A DNA stretch of 24,000 nucleotides from Anaerolineae bacterium (GTDB taxonomy: Bacteria; Chloroflexota; Anaerolineae; Promineifilales; Promineifilaceae), in the NCBI GenBank assembly GCA_023382655.1, contig JAHDWK010000005.1, positions 348,138 to 372,137 on the forward strand, written 5' to 3'. Below the pieces are notes generated by a model that had not been told where the DNA came from, did not search any database, and worked only from the letters and a program-made list of their open reading frames with translations. This document shows, in pieces, positions 1 to 8,523 of the stretch. Both the position numbers and the translations under genes were made by a program. Every line of letters starts with the position of its first letter. Within the stretch, counting starts at the first letter, position 1.

Positions 1-695
1 CTGGCTTCAGCCACGGTGGCGGCATTAATGCCAGTAATGGCGTGATCACGATCATCAACTCCACCATCACCTACAACCAGACACGTTTGGATGGTGGTGG
101 CATCTACATTGCCCAATCAGCAAGCAATTTCCCGACGACAGTGTACCTGTACAACGTGACGGTAGCGGATAACGTTGCCGATTCCGATGAAAATGATACG
201 GGGGTTGGCGGAGGCATCATGGTTTCCACCTTCTCCGGCTATATTCCGACCGTCTATATGCACAACAGCATCGCGGCCAACAATCGGTTACGCTTCTTTA
301 CGAACCCGATGGAGAGTGATTGCGCCGGTACGATCACTTCTGGCGGCTACAATCTGGTCAAAACATTAGCTGGCTGCGACCTCACCGGCGTTACCACTGG
401 CAATCTGACAAACGTGTACCCTCATTTAACGAATTTGTTAGACAACGGCGGGGCCACCCGCACACGCCTGCCGACCAGCCTTAGCCCGGCCATTGATGCG
501 GGCAACCCGGCTGGCTGCGCGTCTGATCATGTAGGTGGGATGCTAACCACCGACCAGCGCGCGTATCCCCGGCCTGTGGACGGTGGCAGCGGCGCGGCGC
601 GCTGCGATATGGGTGCGGCCGAATACAATTCAGCGCCGACGGAACCACCACCGCCACCGACATACAGCCTCTATCTACCCTTGATTCAGCGTTAA
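1..695 (+). CDS. C-terminal part of a right-handed beta-helix surface/secreted protein (choice-of-anchor Q-like domain); 5' end outside the window
   Basis: The frame is open from nt 3, so the tracked GTG at 42 is internal. N-S-T-I..N / GGGI beta-helix-type repeats are followed by DCAG..TSGGYNL, L.DNGGATRT, SPAIDAGN, DQRAYPRPVDG and CDMGAAEY. I associate this pattern with choice-of-anchor Q / polymorphic beta-helix C-terminal domains. The protein ends in a PPPPP linker plus TYSLYLPLIQR. Confidence 0.7.
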   Translation, partial: GFSHGGGINASNGVITIINSTITYNQTRLDGGGIYIAQSASNFPTTVYLYNVTVADNVADSDENDTGVGGGIMVSTFSGYIPTVYMHNSIAANNRLRFFTNPMESDCAGTITSGGYNLVKTLAGCDLTGVTTGNLTNVYPHLTNLLDNGGATRTRLPTSLSPAIDAGNPAGCASDHVGGMLTTDQRAYPRPVDGGSGAARCDMGAAEYNSAPTEPPPPPTYSLYLPLIQR

Positions 696-749
696 GAGAT
701 TTGCGAGTGTTGGTGAGTCAGGCCCGCCAACACCCCTGAGGATTTTCAG

Positions 750-997
750 ATGTTTACCCAAACGGATATGGAGCACATCATTCGTATGCCCAACCTTATC
801 TTGCGCAATCTGCGCTTATTATGAGTTATCCGCAGGGCATGGCACAGGTGTTAGGCAGGGAGAACACCAACTGGTGCAGTTTTGCCATGTATGCTTCCAA
901 AACGGCCGGTTATGCTATTCGCCACGACCGGCTGCCGGACAAGCTGGCGCTGGCGTTTGCCTGGGTAGACGGCCGTATTCCGACCGGCACGCTGTAG
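750..997 (+). pseudogene. Frameshifted and truncated gene remnant (two tiny ORFs, 750-824 and 821-997, joined by an ATGA overlap)
   Basis: ORF1 is MFTQTDMEHIIRMPNLILRNLRLL*. ORF2 is MSYPQGMAQVLGRENTNWCSFAMYASKTAGYAIRHDRLPDKLALAFAWVDGRIPTGTL*. Read across the frameshift, this gives an RN..L..Y....M...LG...NWC.FA.YASK.AG..IR pattern. From memory this resembles the N-terminus of a conserved family of about 300 aa (I believe DUF2515, unverified). No SD is present and a strong terminator follows directly. Confidence 0.3.
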
Positions 998-1024
998 GGC
1001 ATGATTCATTTTCTTGTGGCAAAC

Positions 1025-1060
1025 AAAAACGGCCGTCCTCATGTGAGGACGGCCGTTTTT
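1025..1060. terminator. Bidirectional intrinsic terminator (perfect hairpin flanked by an A-run and a T-run)
   Basis: The sequence is AAAAACGGCCGTCCTCA-tg-TGAGGACGGCCGTTTTT. The arms are exact reverse complements, with A5 upstream and T5 downstream. It sits between the + strand remnant and the convergent - strand gene ending at 1093. Each arm contains one ACGGCCGT copy. Confidence 0.75.
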
Positions 1061-1092
1061 GTTTCCAGAGGTTGAGACGGAATCTCTAATCC

Positions 1093-2427
1093 TTACGGCG
1101 CTACTGTGGCCGGTATAGCCGGGGTAGCAGTGGGTTGGGTGTAGAAGATCGGGTCAAGGCGCGGTATTTCCGGCGTGCGGCCACGATCAAACTCGGTGAA
1201 GGTGAGATTGCCGGTAAGACGGCCGTCTAAAAAGCTGGATAACTGTTGCTGTCTGGCCTGGGTGATGGCGGCTTCGGTTAACGGCCGTGTTTCCTGCCCC
1301 GACACCATGACGATGTAATACCGGTTGGTTTCTTCATCTACCTCATGCACAATCACCGCTGTCGGTTCATTTACCGGTTGCCCGAAAATGGTGGCAGCCG
1401 CGTCGGCGCCAAAGGATTGTTCTACCTCATCCTGGGTACGCCAGAGCAGTTCAGAAACCACCGGGTTAGAAGTCGCTTCCGGGTCAATTGGCCGGCTGCG
1501 TAGTTCATTCCACGTTTGTAAAAAGCCGTTGGCTTCCACCAGCGCCTGCGCTTCGTTGGCGTCTTCTTCTGTGTCAAAAGCCATAAAGAAGAAACTGGCG
1601 TGTGGCGCTTCGGTTGGTAGATTAAACTCTGCTCCCAGAGCCTCGGCCAGCTTTTCCCGGTAAAGCTGCAACCGGATATATTCCCGGTATTGCGTTTCGC
1701 TAATACCCTTTTCCTGGTACTGGACCAACAAGTCACTTAGCTGTTCCTGGAAAGCGGTTTGGGATACGGGTGTAGCCGTGGGCGGTGGCGTCACGGTTGG
1801 CCCCAGGGTAGCCGTGGGGAAGGGGGTGTTGGTGGGCAGCAGTTCGGTGATCACGGCCGTGGGAATAGGGGTGATAGACGGCGTGGGCATAATCGTTTCC
1901 GTTGGCGCGGGCAATGGGGTGGGCGACTGGCCGCCAAAATAGTTAAACGACTCGCCAATTGCCTCGTCTACCTCAGCATCGCTCACACTGATGCCCCGGT
2001 CCCCGGCAGCCTGCAACACAATCACCTCTTCCGCCATCTGATTCAGGACTGTTTGCCCCAGTTGTTCTGGCTGGAGTAGTTCGTTAATCAACTGTCCATA
2101 GAACTGCTGAATCAACGCCACATCACCAAACGTTTCCAACTGGTTTTCCAGCAGCAGAATGCGCTGTGTCCGCTCCAGACGTACCCGGTCTTGCCACTCG
2201 CGCAGGCTGATACTTTCCCCACTGACCTCGGCCACAGCCCGGTTGGGGGAGACAAAAACCTCATTGATGATCGCTACTAACAGGACGACCAGCAAAATAC
2301 CCCCGACGACGGCCGTAGCTATATAAATGGTACGTTTTTGTTCCCGTTCCTTCCGGGCTTTCAACACTTCTTTGCGAGACTGACGTTGTTGATCTTCGTT
2401 AACCGTTTTCGTTTGCTTCTTGGTCAT
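1093..2427 (-). CDS. Membrane-anchored SurA N-terminal-domain-like / PpiD-PrsA-like folding chaperone (no clear parvulin domain seen)
   Basis: 444-aa ORF. It has a basic N-terminus and one TM helix (IYIATAVVGGILLVVLLVAII). A helical region with SurA_N-like character follows (REWQDRVRLERTQRILLLENQL, EQLGQTVLNQMAEEVIVLQAA, VSDAEVDEAI). A long Pro/Thr linker precedes the C-terminal domain. The functional call rests on pattern memory only. Confidence 0.5.
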   Translation of the reverse strand: MTKKQTKTVNEDQQRQSRKEVLKARKEREQKRTIYIATAVVGGILLVVLLVAIINEVFVSPNRAVAEVSGESISLREWQDRVRLERTQRILLLENQLETFGDVALIQQFYGQLINELLQPEQLGQTVLNQMAEEVIVLQAAGDRGISVSDAEVDEAIGESFNYFGGQSPTPLPAPTETIMPTPSITPIPTAVITELLPTNTPFPTATLGPTVTPPPTATPVSQTAFQEQLSDLLVQYQEKGISETQYREYIRLQLYREKLAEALGAEFNLPTEAPHASFFFMAFDTEEDANEAQALVEANGFLQTWNELRSRPIDPEATSNPVVSELLWRTQDEVEQSFGADAAATIFGQPVNEPTAVIVHEVDEETNRYYIVMVSGQETRPLTEAAITQARQQQLSSFLDGRLTGNLTFTEFDRGRTPEIPRLDPIFYTQPTATPAIPATVAP

Positions 2428-2441
2428 ATTGTGCAGAAATA

Positions 2442-2465
2442 ACGGAGGGTAAACCTTCCCTCCGT
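2442..2465 (-). terminator. Hairpin just downstream of rpsR (possible terminator or attenuating stem)
   Basis: ACGGAGGG (2442-2449) and CCCTCCGT (2458-2465) are exact complements with an 8-nt loop. On the - strand the stem is followed by TATTTCT, a weak U-tract. It lies 3 nt after the rpsR stop. Confidence 0.4.
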
Positions 2466-2468
2466 CAC

Positions 2469-2690
2469 TTATTCTTGGGTAAAGGACACCAACGCCAGAT
2501 GGCGAGCGCGTTTAATCGCCTGGGCCAGTTCTCGTTGGTGTTTGGCGCAAACGCCTGTCTGGCGACGTGGCCGGATGCGGCCAAATTCATTCACATAGCG
2601 CAGCATCATATCAGACTGCTTATAATCAATGATTCTGTTTTTGTCGGCGCAGAAAGCACATGTCTTCTTGCGCACTTTTTGGTCATTCAT
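2469..2690 (-). CDS. rpsR: 30S ribosomal protein S18
   Basis: The 73-aa product contains [57 protein letters not shown], an unmistakable S18 signature. It sits in the conserved rpsF-ssb-rpsR order. Confidence 0.95.
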   Translation of the reverse strand: MNDQKVRKKTCAFCADKNRIIDYKQSDMMLRYVNEFGRIRPRRQTGVCAKHQRELAQAIKRARHLALVSFTQE

Positions 2691-3033
2691 AAAAACCTCC
2701 GGTATCGGTCAAAACAATTAATTCATGCGCCACCACTTCCGTGCGGAAATGTTTACGACCCTGGTTATCTTCCCAGCTTCGCGTTTGCAGGCGACCTTCT
2801 ACGTAGACATACTGCTCGTGCCCAATGTGCTTCTGGCAAATTTCGGCCAGACTGCCCCAGGCGACCACATTAAACCACTCAGTTTCTTCGTGGCGTAACC
2901 CTTCCGATGATGTCCAACTGCGGGAGGTTGCCAGACTAAAGGTGGCTACAGCGCGGCCGGTTGGTGTTTCTCGCACTTCCGGCTGGCCGTCCACCCAGCC
3001 AATTAACATGACCTTATTTAGCCCTCGATTCAT
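2683..3033 (-). CDS. ssb: Single-stranded DNA-binding protein, OB-fold only (no C-terminal linker or acidic tip)
   Basis: The product reads [40 protein letters not shown]...[54 protein letters not shown], a typical SSB OB fold. I prefer the ATG at 3033, which has GGGAGA 6 nt upstream. The tracked start at 3069 is a TTG without an SD. The stop overlaps the rpsR start by 8 nt (ATGAATGA). Confidence 0.88.
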   Translation of the reverse strand: MNRGLNKVMLIGWVDGQPEVRETPTGRAVATFSLATSRSWTSSEGLRHEETEWFNVVAWGSLAEICQKHIGHEQYVYVEGRLQTRSWEDNQGRKHFRTEVVAHELIVLTDTGGFYE

Positions 3034-3085
3034 GGCGCTCTCCCATCCAGGCCCCGAGGATTTGGACAAACCCTCAGGGTCTTAT

Positions 3086-3379
3086 TTAGACCTCTTTGCG
3101 AACGACCAGGAAACGCAGTAAATCTTCTACGTAACGCATGCTTCGCTCGCTGTCGGCGACACGAGCGGGATCCAGCCTGGCTTCAAAGAAGACGTAATAT
3201 CCCTGCTTGTGTTTTCTGATGGGGTAAGCGAGCTGCCTCATGCCCCAATGGTTAGCCACAGGCTTGGCCTCTTCGCCTTCGCCATGGGTCAACCAGGTGG
3301 TGACGCGCTCAATTAACTCTTTGCGAGCGGCCTCTTCTAAATCAGGTTGGACAATGATAGTTACCTCGTACTCACGCAC
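3086..3379 (-). CDS. rpsF: 30S ribosomal protein S6
   Basis: The 97-aa product MREYEVTIIVQPDLEE...WGMRQLAYPIRKHKQGYYVFF matches S6. The GTG start is preceded by AAGGAGGT at 7-nt spacing. It is the first gene of the rpsF-ssb-rpsR operon. Confidence 0.95.
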   Translation of the reverse strand: MREYEVTIIVQPDLEEAARKELIERVTTWLTHGEGEEAKPVANHWGMRQLAYPIRKHKQGYYVFFEARLDPARVADSERSMRYVEDLLRFLVVRKEV

Positions 3380-3544
3380 GTTGCATACCTCCTTTCCTTG
3401 GAATTACTCTAGCGAGCTTTGCCCTTTTTGCCCACAATTAGGTTATAAGAGCGGAAAGCAGCAGAAGTATATAGTTGTTTGCTGTGCAACGGGGCGGGAT
3501 AATAACACAAATTATGATTTTCACAAGTGCAAGATGAGTGTTTT

Positions 3545-3572
3545 TTAACGGGCACGGCCGTCGCCGTATAAT
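3545..3572 (+). promoter_or_regulatory. Possible sigma70-type promoter for sppA
   Basis: A perfect TATAAT lies at 3567-3572. TTAACG (4/6 match to TTGACA) sits 16 nt upstream at 3545-3550. The element is 43 nt upstream of the sppA ATG. Confidence 0.3.
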
Positions 3573-3614
3573 TGCTCTTTGTTTTTTACCAATCTCCCAT
3601 GTTTCCGAGGCTTT

Positions 3615-4688
3615 ATGAGTGAAGAAATAAACGAACCCATGCCCACAGTGGCTGACACGGCCGTCGTCCCACCCCCACCACCTGCCCCCACAGTCATTCA
3701 GGTGAAAAGTGAGGGGAACGGCCGTACCCCCGCCTGGGTCTTGGCCGGCGTCAGCCTGGGTTTTTTGCTGCCCGTGTGCGCCTGTGGCTTTTTGATGGTC
3801 ACATTCTTTTTTAGTGTGGCGCTGGCAGGTAGCGCCAGCCCTGCCACCAGTTCCGGCGGTTTCGGCGACGCCATCGCCATTGTGCGCGTGGAAGGAGCTA
3901 TCACACACAGTGATGATGCCCAAAGCCCCCTGGGCGCTGTCAGCGGCACGGTCATCAATGACTTGCGTGTGGCTGCCGCCGACGATTCCGTCAAGGCGAT
4001 TATCCTGCGCGTAGATAGTCCCGGCGGTACTGTTACCGGTTCTGCCCAAATCCACGATGCCCTGGCGCAGATAGAAAAACCGGTAGTGGTCAGCATGGCC
4101 GGTACGGCTGCTTCGGGCGGTTATTATGTTAGCGCCCCGGCCGACTATATTTTTGCCCGGCCCGACACCACCACCGGCAGCCTGGGGGTGGTGCTGACGT
4201 TGTATAACGTGACCGAATTATTGGACAACGTGGGGGTGAGTGTGACCAGTATCACCAGCGGCCCCAACAAAACAATTGGCAACCCCTGGGAACCGTTGAC
4301 GGCCGAACAAGAAGCCATTTTGCAAACCATTGCCGACGAGGCGTATGATGGTTTTGTGCAGGTGATTGTAGACGGCCGTAGTCTGCCCGAAGAAGAGGTG
4401 CGCGCGTTGGCGGACGGCCGTATCTACACCGGCAACCAGGCATTAGCCCTTGGCCTGGTGGACGAGTTAGGCGACCTGCCAGATGCCATCACCAAAGCCG
4501 CCACGTTGGGCGGCATCACCGGTGAACCACGCATCGTCGAATATGAACATCTGCCCAACTTCAGCGACTTTTTCACCGGCTTTTCCTCTCGGGTTAGCAA
4601 GAGTGAAGCCGAACAAACGATGGAGCTGGTGACATCCCTGATAACCCCGCAAATCGAATACCGCTATATCGGCTCAGGCGCCAATTGA
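3615..4688 (+). CDS. sppA: Signal peptide peptidase SppA, 36K type (S49 family), membrane anchored
   Basis: An N-terminal TM segment (WVLAGVSLGFLLPVCACGFLMVTFFF) is followed by S49 motifs: ILRVDSPGGTVTGS, the MAGTAASGGYYVSAPADYIFA Ser-nucleophile region, and GRIYTGNQALALGLVDELG. I prefer the ATG at 3615, which has GAGG 5 nt upstream. The tracked start at 3579 is a TTG. Confidence 0.85.
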   Translation: MSEEINEPMPTVADTAVVPPPPPAPTVIQVKSEGNGRTPAWVLAGVSLGFLLPVCACGFLMVTFFFSVALAGSASPATSSGGFGDAIAIVRVEGAITHSDDAQSPLGAVSGTVINDLRVAAADDSVKAIILRVDSPGGTVTGSAQIHDALAQIEKPVVVSMAGTAASGGYYVSAPADYIFARPDTTTGSLGVVLTLYNVTELLDNVGVSVTSITSGPNKTIGNPWEPLTAEQEAILQTIADEAYDGFVQVIVDGRSLPEEEVRALADGRIYTGNQALALGLVDELGDLPDAITKAATLGGITGEPRIVEYEHLPNFSDFFTGFSSRVSKSEAEQTMELVTSLITPQIEYRYIGSGAN

Positions 4689-4719
4689 TGCGTGACAAGA
4701 TGACAAGCAAGGTGACACG

Positions 4720-6651
4720 GTGACAACAATGTCAGATTATGCCCTTTGTCAGCAGAAATTAGTTCGGGCAATTGGTGTAATTCGTGGCCACCGTTTTTTG
4801 GCGTTGTTGCTGTTGGTCACGCTTTTTGCCGTTCTTCTGCCCCAACCACCGGCTGCCCCGGCAGCGGCGCAGGGGCAGACCAGACTGGTGCTGGCTTTCT
4901 ATTATGCCTGGTACAGCCCTGGCTCCTTTGGCCCCGGTATCACGCCCTGGCAGCCACCCGCCCCTTACTATTCCACCGACGCGGGTGTCATCCAGCGCCA
5001 GGTGAGCCAGGCGCAGGCCGCCGGCATAGATGGTTTTGTGCAAAGCTGGTATGGGCCACAAACCACCAATAATCAGACCGAAACCAATTTTCAAACGCTG
5101 CTTAACATTGCCGCCGGCAGTGGTTTCAAAGCGGCCGTAGATTTTGAAACGGCCGGCCCCTTTTTTGCTACCAATGATGACCGCATCAACGCCCTGCGCG
5201 CCTTGCTGCAAACCCATGCCAACCACCCTGCTTACCTGCGTGTTGACGGTAAACCCGTCATTTTCTTTTGGGCTAACTGGATTCTCACGCCGGCCGATTG
5301 GGTGACGATTCGCAGCGCCGTAGACCCGGATCGTAACACCATCTGGATTGCTGAAGGTGGGAACACCAACTACCTGAATGCTTTTGACGGGCTGCATCTG
5401 TACAACATCGCCTGGTCGAGCAACCCGGCGGGTACGGCCGCAACCTGGGCGGCCAATACCCGCGCTGCCGCTGCCACCTATGGCGGTTACAAATATTGGG
5501 TGGCTACGGCCATGCCCGGTTGGGACGATACCCTGGTGGGGCGGGGCGATGCCGCCTTTGTGCGCAACCGCAACGAGGGCGCCTATTACCGCTCCAGTTT
5601 TGGTGGGGCGGCGGCCAGCGCCCCGGATATGCTCATCATTACTTCGTTTAATGAGTGGCGTGAGGGCAGTAACATTGAGCCGAGCGTGGAACATGGCGAG
5701 TTTTATTTGCAGTTGACGGCCGAACTCAGCGCCGGTTTCAAATCAGGGTCGCTGCCGACTGTGCCGCTGCCGGGGACAGATCCCACGGCAGACCCCAATG
5801 CCTCGCCCACCGCACCGCCAGCCACCTTTACCCCTGGCCCCTCGCCCACGCCCACACAGACCGCCTCACCTGCGCCGACGCTGCCCCCGACCAATACGCC
5901 ACCGCCGACCGCCACCCAAACGCCAATTGCTTCGCCGACGGCCGTAGCCGACGGCCGTGTCCTCTACCTCATCCAACCCGGCGACACCCTGCTCGTCATT
6001 GCCGACCGCTTTGGCGTGCTGGTAGCCGATTTATATGCCTTCAATAATTTGACGCCCGATTCGTTGCTGTCAGTGGGGCAGGAGATCATATTGGGTTATA
6101 GTGTGCTGCCCGATGGGTCTACTTTGCTGCCCGGTTTTCCCCAGGCGCGGCAGAAACCGGATGGTGAGATTGTCCACATTGTGCAAAGTGGCGATACGAT
6201 GTTTGGCATTGCCGCCACATATGATCTGACACTGGATGAATTGGTGGAATTAAGTGGGCTGGCGGCTGATGCCTTGTTGCAGGTGAACCAGGAAGTGGTG
6301 GTGGGTCACAAACCGCAGCCGCAAGAGGTGGGTGGTTCTTCCACCGACGGCCGTACTGCTGCCCTTTCTCTCACCGATGCCACCGCCGCACCAACGGCCA
6401 CCCTCGCGCCGCCCGCCACCCTCACCACGGCCGCTTACCCGGCGGCGGCGGCCGTGCCACCCTCGCCAACCGTTACGATCCAGGCCGTTGTCAACGTACC
6501 TACGGCCACCAGTGAGCCAACGCCGGTCACGGCCGTCGCTCCCGCCGCTGCCCCCTTTGATTTTGGCTCTATCTTGCCCTATATCTTGGCCATCATCGGC
6601 CTGCTCTTTCTGGTTGGCGCCGGTTTTTTGCTCCTGGCGCGGCGACACTGA
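4720..6651 (+). CDS. Secreted glycoside hydrolase family 99-like domain protein with two LysM domains and a C-terminal TM anchor
   Basis: A signal or anchor helix ([20 protein letters not shown]) is followed by [26 protein letters not shown] and [16 protein letters not shown], motifs I associate with GH99-like hydrolases. PT-rich linkers follow. The two LysM repeats are [34 protein letters not shown] and [39 protein letters not shown]. The C-terminal TM segment is [22 protein letters not shown]. The GTG at 4720 has AAGGTG 5 nt upstream. An alternative ATG lies at 4729. Confidence 0.75.
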   Translation: MTTMSDYALCQQKLVRAIGVIRGHRFLALLLLVTLFAVLLPQPPAAPAAAQGQTRLVLAFYYAWYSPGSFGPGITPWQPPAPYYSTDAGVIQRQVSQAQAAGIDGFVQSWYGPQTTNNQTETNFQTLLNIAAGSGFKAAVDFETAGPFFATNDDRINALRALLQTHANHPAYLRVDGKPVIFFWANWILTPADWVTIRSAVDPDRNTIWIAEGGNTNYLNAFDGLHLYNIAWSSNPAGTAATWAANTRAAAATYGGYKYWVATAMPGWDDTLVGRGDAAFVRNRNEGAYYRSSFGGAAASAPDMLIITSFNEWREGSNIEPSVEHGEFYLQLTAELSAGFKSGSLPTVPLPGTDPTADPNASPTAPPATFTPGPSPTPTQTASPAPTLPPTNTPPPTATQTPIASPTAVADGRVLYLIQPGDTLLVIADRFGVLVADLYAFNNLTPDSLLSVGQEIILGYSVLPDGSTLLPGFPQARQKPDGEIVHIVQSGDTMFGIAATYDLTLDELVELSGLAADALLQVNQEVVVGHKPQPQEVGGSSTDGRTAALSLTDATAAPTATLAPPATLTTAAYPAAAAVPPSPTVTIQAVVNVPTATSEPTPVTAVAPAAAPFDFGSILPYILAIIGLLFLVGAGFLLLARRH

Positions 6652-6683
6652 TGAGGCTCCTCATAATTCCTAATTCCTAATTC

Positions 6684-7805
6684 ATGATTCCTATGACTGA
6701 ATCTACCCTGTTCAAAGATTACTATAACGTGGGATTGGCAGAACGAATGGCGGCGCGCATCACGGCCATATACTCCACTTTTGCCGCCGCTGCCTTCGTG
6801 GCCCAGATTGGGCCGCAGCTAGATGGGCAGGAGATGAAGGCCCGCACCCTCATCTTCACTCATGCCCTGCACGACCATCTGCCGCCTGATTTCCCGGCGG
6901 CCTGGGCGGTGCTGCAAGCCACATTAGATGCCGAACCAACGGACAGTGTGTTAGATGGTGGCTGGCATTACTGGCCGATGGCGCAGTTGATTGAACTGTA
7001 TGGATTGGAACATTTTGCCGAGGCTATGCAAGCCATGCACGAGATTACCAGACGCCACACCGCCGAATTTGCTATACGGCCGTTTCTCGTTCGTTACCCG
7101 GAGCGCACCCTGGCAGTGTTGCACGAATGGACGCAGGACGAAAACCATCATGTGCGCCGCCTGGTGAGCGAAGGCACACGGCCGCGTCTGCCCTGGGGGA
7201 TGCGGCTGCACCAGTTCATCGCCGATCCCACGCCCACGTTGGCTTTGCTGGAAAAGCTGAAAGATGACCCCTCCGAGTATGTGCGCCGTTCCGTGGCCAA
7301 CCATCTGAACGACATCACCAAAGATAATCCACACCTGGTGTTGGAAACATTGGCGCGCTGGCAGGCAAATTCCACGCCGGAACGACAATGGATTACCCGC
7401 CACGCCCTGCGTTCATTGGTAAAAGCGGGCGACCCACAGGCGCTGCGGTTGTTAGGCTATGGGCAGGCACAGGCCAGCGTCTCGGCGCTCACCGTTGCGC
7501 CGCCGGTATTAACTTTTGGTAACACACTGGAAATTGCCTTCACTTTGCAAAGTGAGGTAGATGAGCCGCAGGATTTGGTTGTGGATTATGTGATTCATTT
7601 TGTGAAGGCCAACGGCCGTACCGCCCCCAAAGTATTCAAATTGCGCAATGTCTCACTGGACGGCCGTCAATCCCTCCCCCTGCGCAAAAACCATCCTTTC
7701 CGGCCCATCACCACCCGCCGCTTTTACCCCGGCCTGCACCGGGTGGAAATTCAGGTGAATGGGCAGACATTGGCGGGGGCAGATTTTGAGCTGGTAATTG
7801 GGTAA
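6684..7805 (+). CDS. DNA alkylation repair protein family (HEAT-like repeat, AlkC/AlkD-type Pfam DNA_alkylation) protein
   Basis: The 373-aa product contains HHVRRLVSEGTRPRLPWGMRL and DPSEYVRRSVANHLNDITKDNP, paired motifs characteristic of this family. No obvious SD is present. An alternative in-frame ATG lies at 6693. Confidence 0.7.
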   Translation: MIPMTESTLFKDYYNVGLAERMAARITAIYSTFAAAAFVAQIGPQLDGQEMKARTLIFTHALHDHLPPDFPAAWAVLQATLDAEPTDSVLDGGWHYWPMAQLIELYGLEHFAEAMQAMHEITRRHTAEFAIRPFLVRYPERTLAVLHEWTQDENHHVRRLVSEGTRPRLPWGMRLHQFIADPTPTLALLEKLKDDPSEYVRRSVANHLNDITKDNPHLVLETLARWQANSTPERQWITRHALRSLVKAGDPQALRLLGYGQAQASVSALTVAPPVLTFGNTLEIAFTLQSEVDEPQDLVVDYVIHFVKANGRTAPKVFKLRNVSLDGRQSLPLRKNHPFRPITTRRFYPGLHRVEIQVNGQTLAGADFELVIG

Positions 7806-7894
7806 TTGCCGCCAATTACGCAATTACCCAATCGCCTGATCACTTCCCCAAAAAGGGGAAACGGCCGTCCGATGTCTCAGAACGGCCGTTTTCC
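7797..7894 (+). terminator. Two consecutive hairpins downstream of the alkylation-repair-family gene
   Basis: Hairpin 1 has arms ATTGGGTAATTGC (7797-7809) and GCAATTACCCAAT (7820-7832). It is a 13-bp perfect stem that overlaps the stop codon. Hairpin 2 has arms AAACGGCCGT (7859-7868) and ACGGCCGTTT (7882-7891) with a 13-nt loop, running into TTTT. It is built from two ACGGCCGT copies. Confidence 0.45.
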
Positions 7895-8523
7895 AAACGC
7901 GCGACCGACAGCCGCTAACTTGCGACAACTCGTTACTGCCAGAGCAACAGGTTTCTACCCATTTCTCCTCTTGTTGCCGCCGGCCCAGCAGTGCCCACAC
8001 CTCATCCAGACTCCAACCCCCTGGCAAAGTTGGAGTCTGCATCATCCATCATTACCCCTGTCTGGACACAAGTACAGGCTGCACTATAATCGTTTGCTAA
8101 GTGTACGATAGCCTGCCAGCGTTAAGGGATCGTTAAATGAAAAAGGACAGGCGTGATAAGCAATGAGTTAAAACTCTATCTGCCGTCTACGAAGCCATTG
8201 CCGCGCACCCCAAACCGGCACACGGCCGTTACAACCCCCGCTGTCGATCCCACCTGCTACTATAAACACCCCTCCCTTTCAAGTGCCGCGCATCCCTCAT
8301 TTTGTGGGCCGCAGCCAACCATTAGCCGACCTGGAAGTGGCGCTCACTGCTTGCCTTGGACCTGGCGCAGAAGTCGCCAGCCAGACGCCGCCCCGTTGGG
8401 CTATTGCCGGCATGGGTGGGCCAGCAGAAAAAGACACCGCGTAACGACACCCCGGACAAACCCCGCGTGATGCAGCCCTCTCCATCTGGTTATTGCACCG
8501 AGATGGTGTTACATTTTTAGGGT

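Noticed and set aside
640-695. C-terminal PPPPP-TYSLYLPLIQR tail of the beta-helix protein as a novel sorting signal
   Set aside because: The hydrophobic stretch is only about 9 residues, too short for a TM helix. I have a single example and cannot test recurrence at other C-termini from this window alone.
3380-3480. Possible S6:S18-binding regulatory leader RNA upstream of rpsF
   Set aside because: Such leaders are known in some bacteria. I could not identify a convincing promoter or the characteristic helix with internal loop by eye in this 5' region, so I make no call.
4759-5694. 311-aa ORF on the - strand, plus other long antisense ORFs: 8509-9534 (341 aa), 14827-15720 (297 aa), 15002-15619, 16324-16746, 11914-12453, 3438-4055
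   Set aside because: Each lies entirely antisense to a gene with clear family motifs. Their products are low-complexity and Arg/Gly/Pro/Ala-rich, as expected for shadow frames in GC-rich DNA. None has a convincing SD or any recognisable domain.
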